In this document: positions 18,309-26,859 of the stretch, in pieces
How the letters are laid out: each line of letters starts with the position of its first letter
Position numbering within the stretch: position 1 is the stretch's first letter
From: Patescibacteria group bacterium
Lineage (GTDB): Bacteria > Patescibacteriota > Minisyncoccia > UBA6257 > 2-01-FULL-56-20
Assembly (NCBI GenBank): GCA_038063755.1
Contig: JBBTUL010000011.1
Span: 3,946 to 67,945, forward strand
Reading direction: 5' to 3'
DNA: 64,000 bases
Made by a program: the position numbers and the translations under genes
The notes under the pieces: generated by a model
What the model saw: the letters and a program-made list of their open reading frames with translations, nothing else
The model's database searches: none
Told to the model about the DNA's origin: nothing

Positions 18309-18337
18309 TTGACAAGCATGATGTCATCGGCTACTAT
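18309..18337 (+). promoter_or_regulatory. Sigma70-like promoter TTGACA-N17-TACTAT for rpsP
   Basis: Consensus -35 with 17-nt spacer. The -10 ends 10 nt before ATG 18348, implying an (almost) leaderless mRNA. Confidence 0.5.
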
Positions 18338-18347
18338 GGCTTCCATA

Positions 18348-18671
18348 ATGCTTGCTATAAAACTTCAGCGAATCGGAAAAAAGAAACAGCCAAGCTACCG
18401 TATCGTGGTGGCGGAAAGGCGATCGAAACTCGGAGCTCCTCCGGTTGAAGATATGGGGTCATACAACTCGGTTACCAAAAAAGGATCTGTGGCAAATGAC
18501 CGTGTTTTGTATTGGGTCTCAAAAGGCGCAAAACCGACGACAACCGCGCACAACCTTCTCGTTCGTCTCGGCGCGCTTTCTTCTCCAAAGATTGCGGTAA
18601 AAATGAAGAAAAAAGCGGTCTTGGAGGAAACCGCAAAGGCGCCGGAGATGTCTCCAGAGAAGGCCGAATAG
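18348..18671 (+). CDS. rpsP: 30S ribosomal protein S16
   Basis: MLAIKLQRIGKKKQPSYRIVVAERRS matches the S16 N-terminus. The ORF opens at 18264, but the S16 homology starts at ATG 18348. Confidence 0.8.
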   Translation: MLAIKLQRIGKKKQPSYRIVVAERRSKLGAPPVEDMGSYNSVTKKGSVANDRVLYWVSKGAKPTTTAHNLLVRLGALSSPKIAVKMKKKAVLEETAKAPEMSPEKAE

Positions 18672-18785
18672 GGCAAGTATTCTTCCAGGGAGACGTTGAC
18701 ACAGGATAATTTTTGTGCTAGAATTGTAAAATCTTCATACTGGGGAATTGAACGAAAGGAAAGGTCGAAAACGAATTGATATGAA

Positions 18786-19082
18786 ATGTCAGAAACCGTA
18801 GATAAAGCATTCCTCGAATTTCTTGTTAAGTCTCTCGTTGATCATCCCGATGACGTTCGTGTTGACCGGAAGGTTGACGAGCGCGGTGTGCTTCTCACTC
18901 TTCATGTAAACTCATCCGACATGGGACACGTTGTCGGACGTCGCGGAGCAACCGCAAACGCGATCCGATCGCTTGTTCGTATCGTAGGTATCAAAAACGA
19001 TTCTAGGATAAACTTGAAGATCGAGGAACCCGAGGGCTCAATGAGACGAGAACATCCGATGGGTGCCGAAGGAACATTGTAG
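18786..19082 (+). CDS. khpA: KH-domain RNA-binding protein (KhpA/UPF0109)
   Basis: GHVVGRRGATANAIRSLV is the KH GxxG core. Conserved position after rpsP. Confidence 0.75.
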   Translation: MSETVDKAFLEFLVKSLVDHPDDVRVDRKVDERGVLLTLHVNSSDMGHVVGRRGATANAIRSLVRIVGIKNDSRINLKIEEPEGSMRREHPMGAEGTL

Positions 19083-19164
19083 GACGCAATTTCCCAAAGA
19101 TGCCACTGTGCTGATCTAGACACGCGGTGGTGTTTTTGTATATACTGGAAAAACTGAAAGAAAC

Positions 19165-19734
19165 ATGCTTGCATACACCGACCTAAAAAAAGGGACACTC
19201 TTTGTACTTGATGGCGATCCGTATGAGGTGATTGAATCGCATTTTTTGCGTATGCAGCAGCGAAAGGCGGTTGTTCAGACGAAGATACAGAATCTTATTA
19301 CGGGAAAGATCCTCGATCGAAATTGGCAAGCAAGCGACAATTTTGAAGAGGCCGAAGTGGAAAAGAAAAAAGCAATTTTTATTTATAGCCATCGCGGAGA
19401 ATGCTGGTTTACGGAAGAAGGAAACCCAAAAAATCGATTTCCTCTTACGGCAGATTCTATCGGAGAACAGGCAAGGTTTTTGAAACCGAACACGCCCGTT
19501 GGAACGACCGTGTTTAACGAAAAAGTTATCAAGATTGAACTTCCGGTAAAAATGGATTTTGTGGTGACGGAGGCTCCTCCTTCCATAAAAGGGAATACCG
19601 CACAAGGAGGCAACAAGACGGTAACTCTTGAGGGAGGAGTTACCATCCTCGCCCCGCTTTTTATAAACACCGGAGACGTGGTGCGAGTAAATACTGAGAC
19701 AGGAGAGTACGCAGAACGGATCGATAAAAAATAA
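19165..19734 (+). CDS. efp: Elongation factor P
   Basis: 189 aa, three OB/KOW-like domains, MLAYTDLKKGTLFVLDGDPYEVIE start. Confidence 0.92.
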   Translation: MLAYTDLKKGTLFVLDGDPYEVIESHFLRMQQRKAVVQTKIQNLITGKILDRNWQASDNFEEAEVEKKKAIFIYSHRGECWFTEEGNPKNRFPLTADSIGEQARFLKPNTPVGTTVFNEKVIKIELPVKMDFVVTEAPPSIKGNTAQGGNKTVTLEGGVTILAPLFINTGDVVRVNTETGEYAERIDKK

Positions 19735-19838
19735 AAACCCCGACCAAGGTCGGAGTGTTGCATTACTTGTCGAACACACTTGCGATTATGCGCACCAGCG
19801 GCCCTTCGGTAAGGCCGCTTATGGTCAACTAGATTTTT

Positions 19839-20951
19839 ATGCTAAAAAAGAAAGGAAAAACAGTGTTTGTCGGCATGTCCGGGGGAGTTGATTCCTCGGT
19901 TGCGGCTTACCTTTTGAAGCGCAGCGGTCATTGCGTCATCGGGATTTTTTTGCGCTGCTGGAGCGGCCCCGATGCCGGCGGAGTCGGGGTAAACTGCGCC
20001 GAACGTGATGCAGAAGACGCACGACGCGTTGCCGAGGTTCTTAAAATACCATTTTATGTTTGGGATTTTGAGAGAGAATACGAGCAAAAAGTTGTGGAGT
20101 ACATGGTTCAAGGATATCGAGAGGGGATAACACCGAATCCTGACGTTGCGTGCAACCGCGAGATAAAATTCGGACTTTTTCTGAAGCGAGCCAAGCTGCT
20201 CGGCGCAGACCATGTCGCGACAGGGCACTACGCGAGAATCAAAAGCTCAAAATCTGGGATGAAAGACGGGAGGGAATATCGACTCAGCGCTGCGAAAGAC
20301 AAGAATAAAGATCAAAGCTATTTCCTGTGGACATTAACCCAGCGCGACCTTAAGCATGTGCTTTTTCCGATCGGCGTTTATTTAAAAAGCGAGGTTCGCG
20401 AGATTGCTCGGAGGGCGAATCTTCCTACGGCCGAGAAGAAAGATTCGCAAGGAATATGCTTCTTGGGGAAAATTACGATTGAAGATTTCCTTCGTTCATA
20501 CATTTCCCCAAAGAAAGGGGCAGTACTTTCGGTTAAAAACGAGATCCTCGGCGAACATGAAGGAGCTCACCTTTATACGGTTGGACAAAGGCGCGGAATA
20601 GGAAATATAAAACATCAAAAAGGCATGAACACCCACAAGCCGCTTTATGTTTCGGCGAAAGATATGGCGATGAACACCGTCACGGTCGCCGAAGAGAATG
20701 ACCATAAAGCGTTATGTCGCGACACAATTACCCTTAAAAATATAAACTGGGTTTCGCGTGCGCCGAGAGATAATGAAAAGATTCTAGTGCGCACTCGCTA
20801 TCGACAGGCGCTCCGTGAGGCGGTCTTCAAAAAGGATGGCAAAAACTGCATCCTCAAATTCACTACTCCCCAAAGGTTTGTTGCGCCCGGTCAGTCTGCT
20901 GTTGTGTATGTGAAGAGCGGAGAGATGCTTGGAGGAGGCGTCATTCTTTAG
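19839..20951 (+). CDS. mnmA: tRNA-specific 2-thiouridylase MnmA
   Basis: PP-loop FVGMSGGVDSSVAAYLL. 370 aa. Confidence 0.9.
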   Translation: MLKKKGKTVFVGMSGGVDSSVAAYLLKRSGHCVIGIFLRCWSGPDAGGVGVNCAERDAEDARRVAEVLKIPFYVWDFEREYEQKVVEYMVQGYREGITPNPDVACNREIKFGLFLKRAKLLGADHVATGHYARIKSSKSGMKDGREYRLSAAKDKNKDQSYFLWTLTQRDLKHVLFPIGVYLKSEVREIARRANLPTAEKKDSQGICFLGKITIEDFLRSYISPKKGAVLSVKNEILGEHEGAHLYTVGQRRGIGNIKHQKGMNTHKPLYVSAKDMAMNTVTVAEENDHKALCRDTITLKNINWVSRAPRDNEKILVRTRYRQALREAVFKKDGKNCILKFTTPQRFVAPGQSAVVYVKSGEMLGGGVIL

Positions 20952-21009
20952 CCTTTACACAAACGTTGATCCGTCCTATTGTTGGAGAAGAAATTTTGAG
21001 GGAGGTTTG

Positions 21010-21210
21010 ATGGAGAAGCTCCGAAGATTTATAGAACGGCATCGAAGCGGGCACATCAATATGCCCCACGAAGTTTTACGGGAGTTCCTGAATGTGGAAG
21101 CTGACGGAAGTTTTTTAACCATTCCTGAGTCCGAAAGAAAGATTCTTTTAGGATGTCTCGCGTGCAAGGCTAAAATAGACATCGAACGAGCGGGAATGCA
21201 TGCAGAATAG
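21010..21210 (+). CDS. Small hypothetical protein (66 aa)
   Basis: ATG follows a GGAGG. The upstream part of the 93-aa ORF overlaps mnmA, so it was trimmed. Confidence 0.3.
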   Translation: MEKLRRFIERHRSGHINMPHEVLREFLNVEADGSFLTIPESERKILLGCLACKAKIDIERAGMHAE

Positions 21211-21268
21211 GTCGATCTTTCGGTCGGCCCTTTTTAATAAAGGCCGTGCCGATGTGGGCGGGGGGGGG

Positions 21269-21297
21269 TGGACAAGAGAAATTCGGCATATTATAAT
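21269..21297 (+). promoter_or_regulatory. Sigma70-like promoter TGGACA-N17-TATAAT for rpsB
   Basis: Perfect -10, near-consensus -35, 17-nt spacer. The -10 ends 7 nt before ATG 21305 (leaderless). Confidence 0.5.
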
Positions 21298-21304
21298 TGT
21301 TGCC

Positions 21305-22087
21305 ATGTCAGATGAAGCTTTGATTTCAGCACAAAAAAACGAAGAGGTAGTAGTAGAATCGGGGCCCCTCGATCCTGAGCTAAAAGAGATGCTTGATGCA
21401 GGGGTGTTTTATGGCAGGACAAGAACGAAAACCCACCCGAGACTTAAGCCGTACATTACCGCAAACAGGAGTGGTATAGAAATTATTAATCTTGAAAAAG
21501 TTTTGCCGATGCTTCGCACGGCAGAAGAGTTTCTCGTGAGCCGGGTGGAAAAAGGCGCCCTCCCGATCGTTGTGGGAACCCAGCCGATGGCCCAAGAAAT
21601 TGTTTCAGAGACCATATCGCCATTTGGAATTCCATTTGTAACCAACCGCTGGCTTGGAGGAACGCTTACTAATTTCAAGATCATTTCAAAGAGAATTGAG
21701 TATTTTACGAAATTAAAAGAAGGCCTTGCTTCGGGGGCATTTAAGGGATACACCAAGAAGGAGCAGCTTGATCTTGAAAAAGAATCAGTTCGAATGAATG
21801 TGCTTTTCGGAAGTATTGAAGTGATGAGCGCACGGCCCGACCTCCTTTTGGTGATTGATCCGGTGGTTCACAAGACCGCCGTGCAAGAGGCGAGGCGCTT
21901 AGGAATACCGGTGCTTGCTTTCATGAACACAGATGCTGACCCAGACAGTGTCGACTACCCCGTCCTGGGGAACACGAAAGCAAAAGAAAGTATTCAATGG
22001 TTCCTTTCGAAGATGGCTGGGGCCATCAATGAGGGGAAGAAAAAAATATCGGTTGTCGAACCAGCAGTAGTAACTGCGAAGGAATAG
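21305..22087 (+). CDS. rpsB: 30S ribosomal protein S2
   Basis: MLDAGVFYGRTRTKTHPRLKPYI and the rest of S2. The ORF opens at 21200, but S2 homology starts at MSDEAL (21305). Confidence 0.88.
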   Translation: MSDEALISAQKNEEVVVESGPLDPELKEMLDAGVFYGRTRTKTHPRLKPYITANRSGIEIINLEKVLPMLRTAEEFLVSRVEKGALPIVVGTQPMAQEIVSETISPFGIPFVTNRWLGGTLTNFKIISKRIEYFTKLKEGLASGAFKGYTKKEQLDLEKESVRMNVLFGSIEVMSARPDLLLVIDPVVHKTAVQEARRLGIPVLAFMNTDADPDSVDYPVLGNTKAKESIQWFLSKMAGAINEGKKKISVVEPAVVTAKE

Positions 22088-22088
22088 C

Positions 22089-22538
22089 ATGGGAGTAAAC
22101 ACGCAAGAAGTACAACGGCTTCGAGAGACGACAGGAGCAGGAGTTGTTGAGTGTAAGAAGGCACTGGACGAGGCGAAAGGGGACTTTGAAGTCGCGAAAA
22201 AGATAATTCACGAAAAAGGACTTGCGAAGGTGGAGAAAAGGGCGGGAAGAGAAGCCGGTTCAGGTCTTATTTTCTCATACGTGCACAGCGACCGGATCGG
22301 GGTTTTGGTTGATGTTCGAGCCGAGACCGACTTTGTGGTTCGCTCCGAACCATTTCGGACGCTTGTCCGCGAGGTTGCCATGCAGATTTCTGCGATGGCC
22401 CCGCAGAACGTCGACGATCTTTTGGAGCAACCCTATATTCGTGATGAATCGAAAAAAATTTCCGACCTTGTAAATGAAGTCATCGCGCGGGTTGGTGAGA
22501 ATGTGAAGGTTTCAAGTTTCTACCGAATGGAGATTTAG
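22089..22538 (+). CDS. tsf: Elongation factor Ts (short form)
   Basis: N-terminal UBA-like region TGAGVVECKKALDEAKGDFEVA. 149 aa. Directly after rpsB, with an AGGAA RBS. Confidence 0.88.
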   Translation: MGVNTQEVQRLRETTGAGVVECKKALDEAKGDFEVAKKIIHEKGLAKVEKRAGREAGSGLIFSYVHSDRIGVLVDVRAETDFVVRSEPFRTLVREVAMQISAMAPQNVDDLLEQPYIRDESKKISDLVNEVIARVGENVKVSSFYRMEI

Positions 22539-22542
22539 AGTC

Positions 22543-22905
22543 TTGATGATGACCGAACTTATTGTCTCAACTGTTTTCATGATTGCCGTAGGGGTTCTGG
22601 TGTATTTAGTTGTCCGAACCATTCCCAGGATTGATGAGGGCGCGGGAGGTGGACAAAGGACATGGGAGAGGTGGTTTACCGCCGAACTTCCCGAGAAGCT
22701 TGATGGCGTTACGAACGCATTTTTGGTGAAGTTTTTCAGAAAGGCAAAGGTGGTTGTTTTGAAGCTCGATAATTTTTTGAACCGAGAGTTAAAAAGGGTC
22801 CGACCGGAGGACGGAATTGCGGCAGCGCAGAAGCCTGATTTTAAGGACTTGGCGGGAGAGCAAGCCGCGTTGAGAGAGAGAAAAGACGAAGCCGAGAAGA
22901 ATTGA
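22543..22905 (+). CDS. Small membrane protein (1 TM + charged tail)
   Basis: One hydrophobic helix in a 120-aa ORF packed immediately after tsf. Confidence 0.45.
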   Translation: MMMTELIVSTVFMIAVGVLVYLVVRTIPRIDEGAGGGQRTWERWFTAELPEKLDGVTNAFLVKFFRKAKVVVLKLDNFLNRELKRVRPEDGIAAAQKPDFKDLAGEQAALRERKDEAEKN

Positions 22906-22930
22906 AAGTTTTTGCTAAGAGTCATATAAT
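22902..22930 (+). promoter_or_regulatory. Sigma70-like promoter TTGAAA-N17-TATAAT upstream of tRNA-Tyr
   Basis: Consensus spacing. The -10 ends 21 nt before tRNA nucleotide 1. Confidence 0.5.
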
Positions 22931-22951
22931 TCTTTTGTTTAGGTTTCAAAC

Positions 22952-23038
22952 GCCGCGGTGGCGGAGTGGTCAATCGCAACAGACTGTAAATCTGTCGCCC
23001 AATGGGCTACGCAGGTTCGAATCCTGCCCGCGGCACCA
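22952..23038 (+). tRNA. tRNA-Tyr (anticodon GTA), class II long variable arm, CCA encoded
   Basis: Hand-folded cloverleaf: acceptor GCCGCGG/CCGCGGC, anticodon loop CTGTAAA, variable arm GCCC-AATG-GGGC, T-loop TTCGAAT, ends ACCA. Confidence 0.85.
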
Positions 23039-23150
23039 GAAAGCGAAGGGTTGCATAATTTTTTTAGGGTAAGTATTATAAAAGTAGAGTTCCTTTCGGC
23101 GGCATCATCGCCGACTGGAGCCGCTGCCCCGGGGGAAAACCCCTGCGGCA

Positions 23151-23192
23151 GGCTGGGCTGGCACCACCGTTGCCGCCCAGCCTTCTTTTTTT
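23151..23192 (+). terminator. Strong rho-independent terminator (GGCTGGGCTGGCA...TGCCGCCCAGCC + T-run)
   Basis: 12-bp interrupted GC stem then TTCTTTTTTT. Confidence 0.7.
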
Positions 23193-23238
23193 AAGAGCTA
23201 TACCACAGTAACGAGAGCGCATATATTGATGTAGAATT

Positions 23239-23748
23239 GTGTGTATGCGTGAATACGTAACCGACGCGATAGTGCTCGACAGAGAGCCTTCAGGAGAGAG
23301 AGATTTTCGTGTCGTTTTGTTTACAAAGCTCTTTGGGAAGATCGACGCTCGCGCGAAGAGTGCGAGAAATATAACGTCGAAGCTTTCGTCCCACTTAAAT
23401 CCTGGAGCGGTTGTCCGGGTTCGTGTCGTAGAGAAGAAAAACAGACACATTGTAGACGCTATTAGGGAAGGGACGGTTGTTTCTTCTCCGACATCGCTTC
23501 ACCGCCTTTTGGGGCTTTTGCCAGATGAAGTTCCAGAGATTGAGCTTTGGGACATGCTGCTTTCCGGAGCGCCTCGATGGAGTGACGTCCTTACGGCTCT
23601 CGGATGGGGTCCAAAGAGCGCTGAGTGCGAGCTTTGTACATCTACGGACCACCTTTTGTTCCATCCGCGAACGCAGAAGTTTTTCTGCATAAACTGCGCT
23701 TCAAAACTTCCCCTGAAGGAAGTACTATATATTCATGAGTCTCTTTAG
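23239..23748 (+). CDS. recO: DNA repair protein RecO (compact form)
   Basis: N-terminal OB-fold pattern (YVTDAIVLDREPSGERDFRVVLFT). C-terminal CxxC...CxxC zinc finger (CELC ... CINC). Confidence 0.65.
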   Translation: MCMREYVTDAIVLDREPSGERDFRVVLFTKLFGKIDARAKSARNITSKLSSHLNPGAVVRVRVVEKKNRHIVDAIREGTVVSSPTSLHRLLGLLPDEVPEIELWDMLLSGAPRWSDVLTALGWGPKSAECELCTSTDHLLFHPRTQKFFCINCASKLPLKEVLYIHESL

Positions 23749-25477
23749 TATTCGCAGGCGAAGCGGGGGCGTAGGGACAGTTATGATCGTTGTGATCGCG
23801 GTTATTGCCATAGCCGTATTTGGCTATTTAAGCTTTTTTTCGAAGTCGCGACCGAGCGTTGCGATTGAGGTTACGAAGCCAGACGAAGTTCTCGTCGGAG
23901 AGCCGTTTTCGGTTACCGTTGCATACTCAAACGAATCTGAACAGGTTCTTAAAAATGTACAAGTCGGTCTTTCGGTGCCGGAGGATATTATTTTTGTTGG
24001 CGGGAAAGGGGAGCGAGCGAGAGATGAGTCTGTGGGAGATATCGGACCCGGGAGCATGAACCAAAAAACATTTACCTTACTCGTGACGAAAGGAGAGCAA
24101 AGCGTGCGGCAGCTCGTCGCAAGGCTTCGCTATGGGATTGAGGGGAGCGCAAAGGCTCAATTTGAGGAGACTACGAAAGCAGACATTGTTGTTGGCCGAT
24201 CAAGTATAGCTCTTCATCTCACGACTCCGGAGACCGTATTTAGTGGAGAGCGATTTGAAACAAAGATCGAGTATCAGAATGACAGCAAACAGGAATTCAA
24301 AAATCTTAAGGTTGTTGCCGAATATCCTCAAAACTACCAGATTGAAGAGACTAACCCGTTTCCTTCACAGAAAAATAATGAATGGGATATACGAAGCATC
24401 CTTCCTGGGGAGCGAGGAACCATTCTTGTTTCAGGGAACGCGATCGGGGAAGAGGGATCGTTCTTCTCGTTGAACGTGAAACTGTTAGGCGAGTTTTTCG
24501 GAGAGGAGCAGCAGCTAAACGCCCAAGAGGCATCGGTTGGGATTTCCGTCGCGCCTCTGTCGCTTAGAATACTTTTGAACGGAGAGAACGATCCAACGGT
24601 CAAAAGCGGAGATACGCTTCGATATGCGCTGATGTATAAAAACAACTCCGACACCCCCCTTAAAGACCTTTCTGCCCAAGTTGGACTCACGGGAGAGCTT
24701 TATGACTTCAGGACCCTGCACACGCAAGGATCGTTCAACTCCATAACAAATATGCTAAGTTGGGCGGTAGCAAATGTGAAAGAACTTTCTTCTCTTGAGC
24801 CAGGCGAAGAAGGGACGCTCACGTTCGAAGTAAACACAAAGAGGGATTTTACGATCAAACGACTTAGCGATAAAAATTATACTCTGCGTGTTCGTGCAAA
24901 TATGCAGTCACCGACTGTCCCTCCTGGCGTGCAAGCTCAAAAAACGGTTTCTATTGCCATGAAGGAAACGAAAGTACAGGGGAGGCTTGCGTTGAAGTCT
25001 TCGGGATATTTTTATGATGCACAGTCGGGGATACTTAATAAAGGCCAATATCCACCTCGCGTAAATCAACCGACACAGTACACGATGCACTGGAAACTCA
25101 CAAATTATTCAACCGACGTGAAAAATATTCGTGTTTCGGCATTTCTTCAGTCAGGCGCAAAGTTTACCGGGGAAGTTAAAACAAATATTGACTCGCCTCC
25201 GATCTATAATTCAGAGACTGGCGAGGTTGTTTGGGAGGTCCCATTTCTTTCATCCGGTAGGGGGATAATAAACACAGCCCCTGAAGTAGTTTTCCAGATT
25301 GAAGTAATCCCGCCAATTACGGCGCTCAATCAGGACCTTGCGCTTCTTAGCGAGTCGCGATTTCGAGGAGAAGATGTGTTTACGGGGAGTATCCTTGAGG
25401 GCGTTACCCCTCCGATTTCGACGGCACTTCCTGATGATACAAAAATCAGTACGCAGAATCGACAGGTTCAAAATTGA
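23735..25477 (+). CDS. Membrane-anchored surface protein with tandem beta-sandwich (DUF11/CARDB-like) repeats
   Basis: N-terminal TM helix. Repeated V.(K/T)P(D/E).V..GE.F...V.Y.N.S units. Confidence 0.55.
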   Translation: MSLFSIRRRSGGVGTVMIVVIAVIAIAVFGYLSFFSKSRPSVAIEVTKPDEVLVGEPFSVTVAYSNESEQVLKNVQVGLSVPEDIIFVGGKGERARDESVGDIGPGSMNQKTFTLLVTKGEQSVRQLVARLRYGIEGSAKAQFEETTKADIVVGRSSIALHLTTPETVFSGERFETKIEYQNDSKQEFKNLKVVAEYPQNYQIEETNPFPSQKNNEWDIRSILPGERGTILVSGNAIGEEGSFFSLNVKLLGEFFGEEQQLNAQEASVGISVAPLSLRILLNGENDPTVKSGDTLRYALMYKNNSDTPLKDLSAQVGLTGELYDFRTLHTQGSFNSITNMLSWAVANVKELSSLEPGEEGTLTFEVNTKRDFTIKRLSDKNYTLRVRANMQSPTVPPGVQAQKTVSIAMKETKVQGRLALKSSGYFYDAQSGILNKGQYPPRVNQPTQYTMHWKLTNYSTDVKNIRVSAFLQSGAKFTGEVKTNIDSPPIYNSETGEVVWEVPFLSSGRGIINTAPEVVFQIEVIPPITALNQDLALLSESRFRGEDVFTGSILEGVTPPISTALPDDTKISTQNRQVQN

Positions 25478-25495
25478 TGGTTATAGTTAGGTACC

Positions 25496-26818
25496 ATGAG
25501 TGATCAGGAGAAGAGAATGGATAAAATTGTGAGCCTTGCGAAACGCAGGGGTTTTGTATTTCCCGGTTCCGAGATTTACGGAGGTTTGCGGGGAACTTGG
25601 GATTACGGGCCTTTGGGGGCATTACTCAAGAAGAACTTTAAAGATGAATGGTGGAAGGAGATGGTGCAATTGCGAGACGATGTTGTAGGTATCGATGCCG
25701 CAATCATGATGAACCCGAAAGCGTGGGAAGCTTCCGGTCATGTAGAAGCTTTTACCGATCCGCTCGTCGAGTGCAAAGTTTGCCACCAGCGTTTTAGAGC
25801 AGACAAGCCTGACGAAATAAAAGAGCACGAAGGAACACACAAGGGAAAGAAAGTTGAATGGACCGATCCGCAGAAATTCAATCTTTTGGTACGGGCATAC
25901 TTAGGAGTGCTTGAGGGAAAAGAATCGGAAATATTCCTGCGTGGAGAAATCACGAACGGTGTACATGTGAATTTTAAAAATATCGTGGACTCCACACGCA
26001 TCAAGATACCTTTCGGCGTCGCGCAAATCGGAAAAGCGTTTCGTAACGAAATCACTCCCGGTAATTTTATTTTCCGGAGCCGAGAGTTTGAGCAGGCGGA
26101 ACTTCAGTTCTACGTGAAACCGGAAGAAGAAGAGGGGAGAAAGTGGTTCGAATATTGGAAACAGAACAGGATGGATTGGTTTTTGAAAATCGGATTCAAC
26201 GAGTCTCATTTGCGCTTCCGTGATCACGAACCGGATGAACGCGCCCACTACGCGCGTTTTGCAACAGACATTGAATACAACGCCCCCTGGGGATGGGACG
26301 AGATGATGGGAATTCACCACAGAGGAGATTGGGACCTAAAGAGGCATCAGGAATATTCTGGCGTTGATATGTCATACAATGACCCACAAACCGGAGAAAA
26401 GTTTATTCCGTGGGACATCGAAACGTCTTCCGGCGTTGACCGACCGATCCTATTCCTCCTCCTTGACGCGTACACGGAAGATGGCGAGCGTATTTATTTG
26501 AAGCTGAATCCAAGACTTGCACCATACAAGGCCGCGGTCTTTCCTCTCTTGGCGAATAAGCCGGAGCTTGTGGAGCTCGCGAAAAAGATTCGGGACGATT
26601 TAAAAAAGAATTTTATGATTGCCTGGGACGACAGAGGAAACATCGGAAAACGCTATTACGCACAGGACGAGATTGGGACTCCTTACTGCATTACTATTGA
26701 TTTTCAGACGCTTGAAGACGGTACCGTGACCGTCCGAGACAGAGATTTCGCAAAACAAATACGCAAACCGATAGAGGAGCTTGCGGCATACATCTCCGAG
26801 GCAGTTCGCGGGTCGTAA
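25496..26818 (+). CDS. glyS: Glycine--tRNA ligase, class II alpha2 (archaeal/eukaryote-type)
   Basis: FVFPGSEIYGGLRGTWDYGPLG and later class II motifs. 440 aa. Confidence 0.9.
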   Translation: MSDQEKRMDKIVSLAKRRGFVFPGSEIYGGLRGTWDYGPLGALLKKNFKDEWWKEMVQLRDDVVGIDAAIMMNPKAWEASGHVEAFTDPLVECKVCHQRFRADKPDEIKEHEGTHKGKKVEWTDPQKFNLLVRAYLGVLEGKESEIFLRGEITNGVHVNFKNIVDSTRIKIPFGVAQIGKAFRNEITPGNFIFRSREFEQAELQFYVKPEEEEGRKWFEYWKQNRMDWFLKIGFNESHLRFRDHEPDERAHYARFATDIEYNAPWGWDEMMGIHHRGDWDLKRHQEYSGVDMSYNDPQTGEKFIPWDIETSSGVDRPILFLLLDAYTEDGERIYLKLNPRLAPYKAAVFPLLANKPELVELAKKIRDDLKKNFMIAWDDRGNIGKRYYAQDEIGTPYCITIDFQTLEDGTVTVRDRDFAKQIRKPIEELAAYISEAVRGS

Positions 26819-26827
26819 AAGAAAGAT

Positions 26828-26857
26828 CCCCAGTATATCACATATGATATACTGGGG
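26828..26857 (+). promoter_or_regulatory. Perfect inverted repeat CCCCAGTATATCA-cata-TGATATACTGGGG ending 3 nt before the murA ATG
   Basis: 13-bp arms, 4-nt spacer. Lies between the glyS stop and the HTH-MurA start. Candidate operator for the fused XRE HTH, or an SD-sequestering hairpin. Confidence 0.5.
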
Positions 26858-26859
26858 AT

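Noticed and set aside
19736-19760. Hairpin CCGAC-caag-GTCGG after efp as terminator
   Set aside because: Stem is only 5 bp and not followed by a T-run. Left unannotated.
19183-19779. 198-aa minus-strand ORF antisense to efp
   Set aside because: Antisense shadow of a highly conserved gene. No motif or RBS.
20929-21009. Upstream extension of the small ORF after mnmA (93-aa version)
   Set aside because: Overlaps the mnmA 3-prime end. The internal ATG at 21010 has a GGAGG upstream, so only the shorter form was retained, at low confidence.
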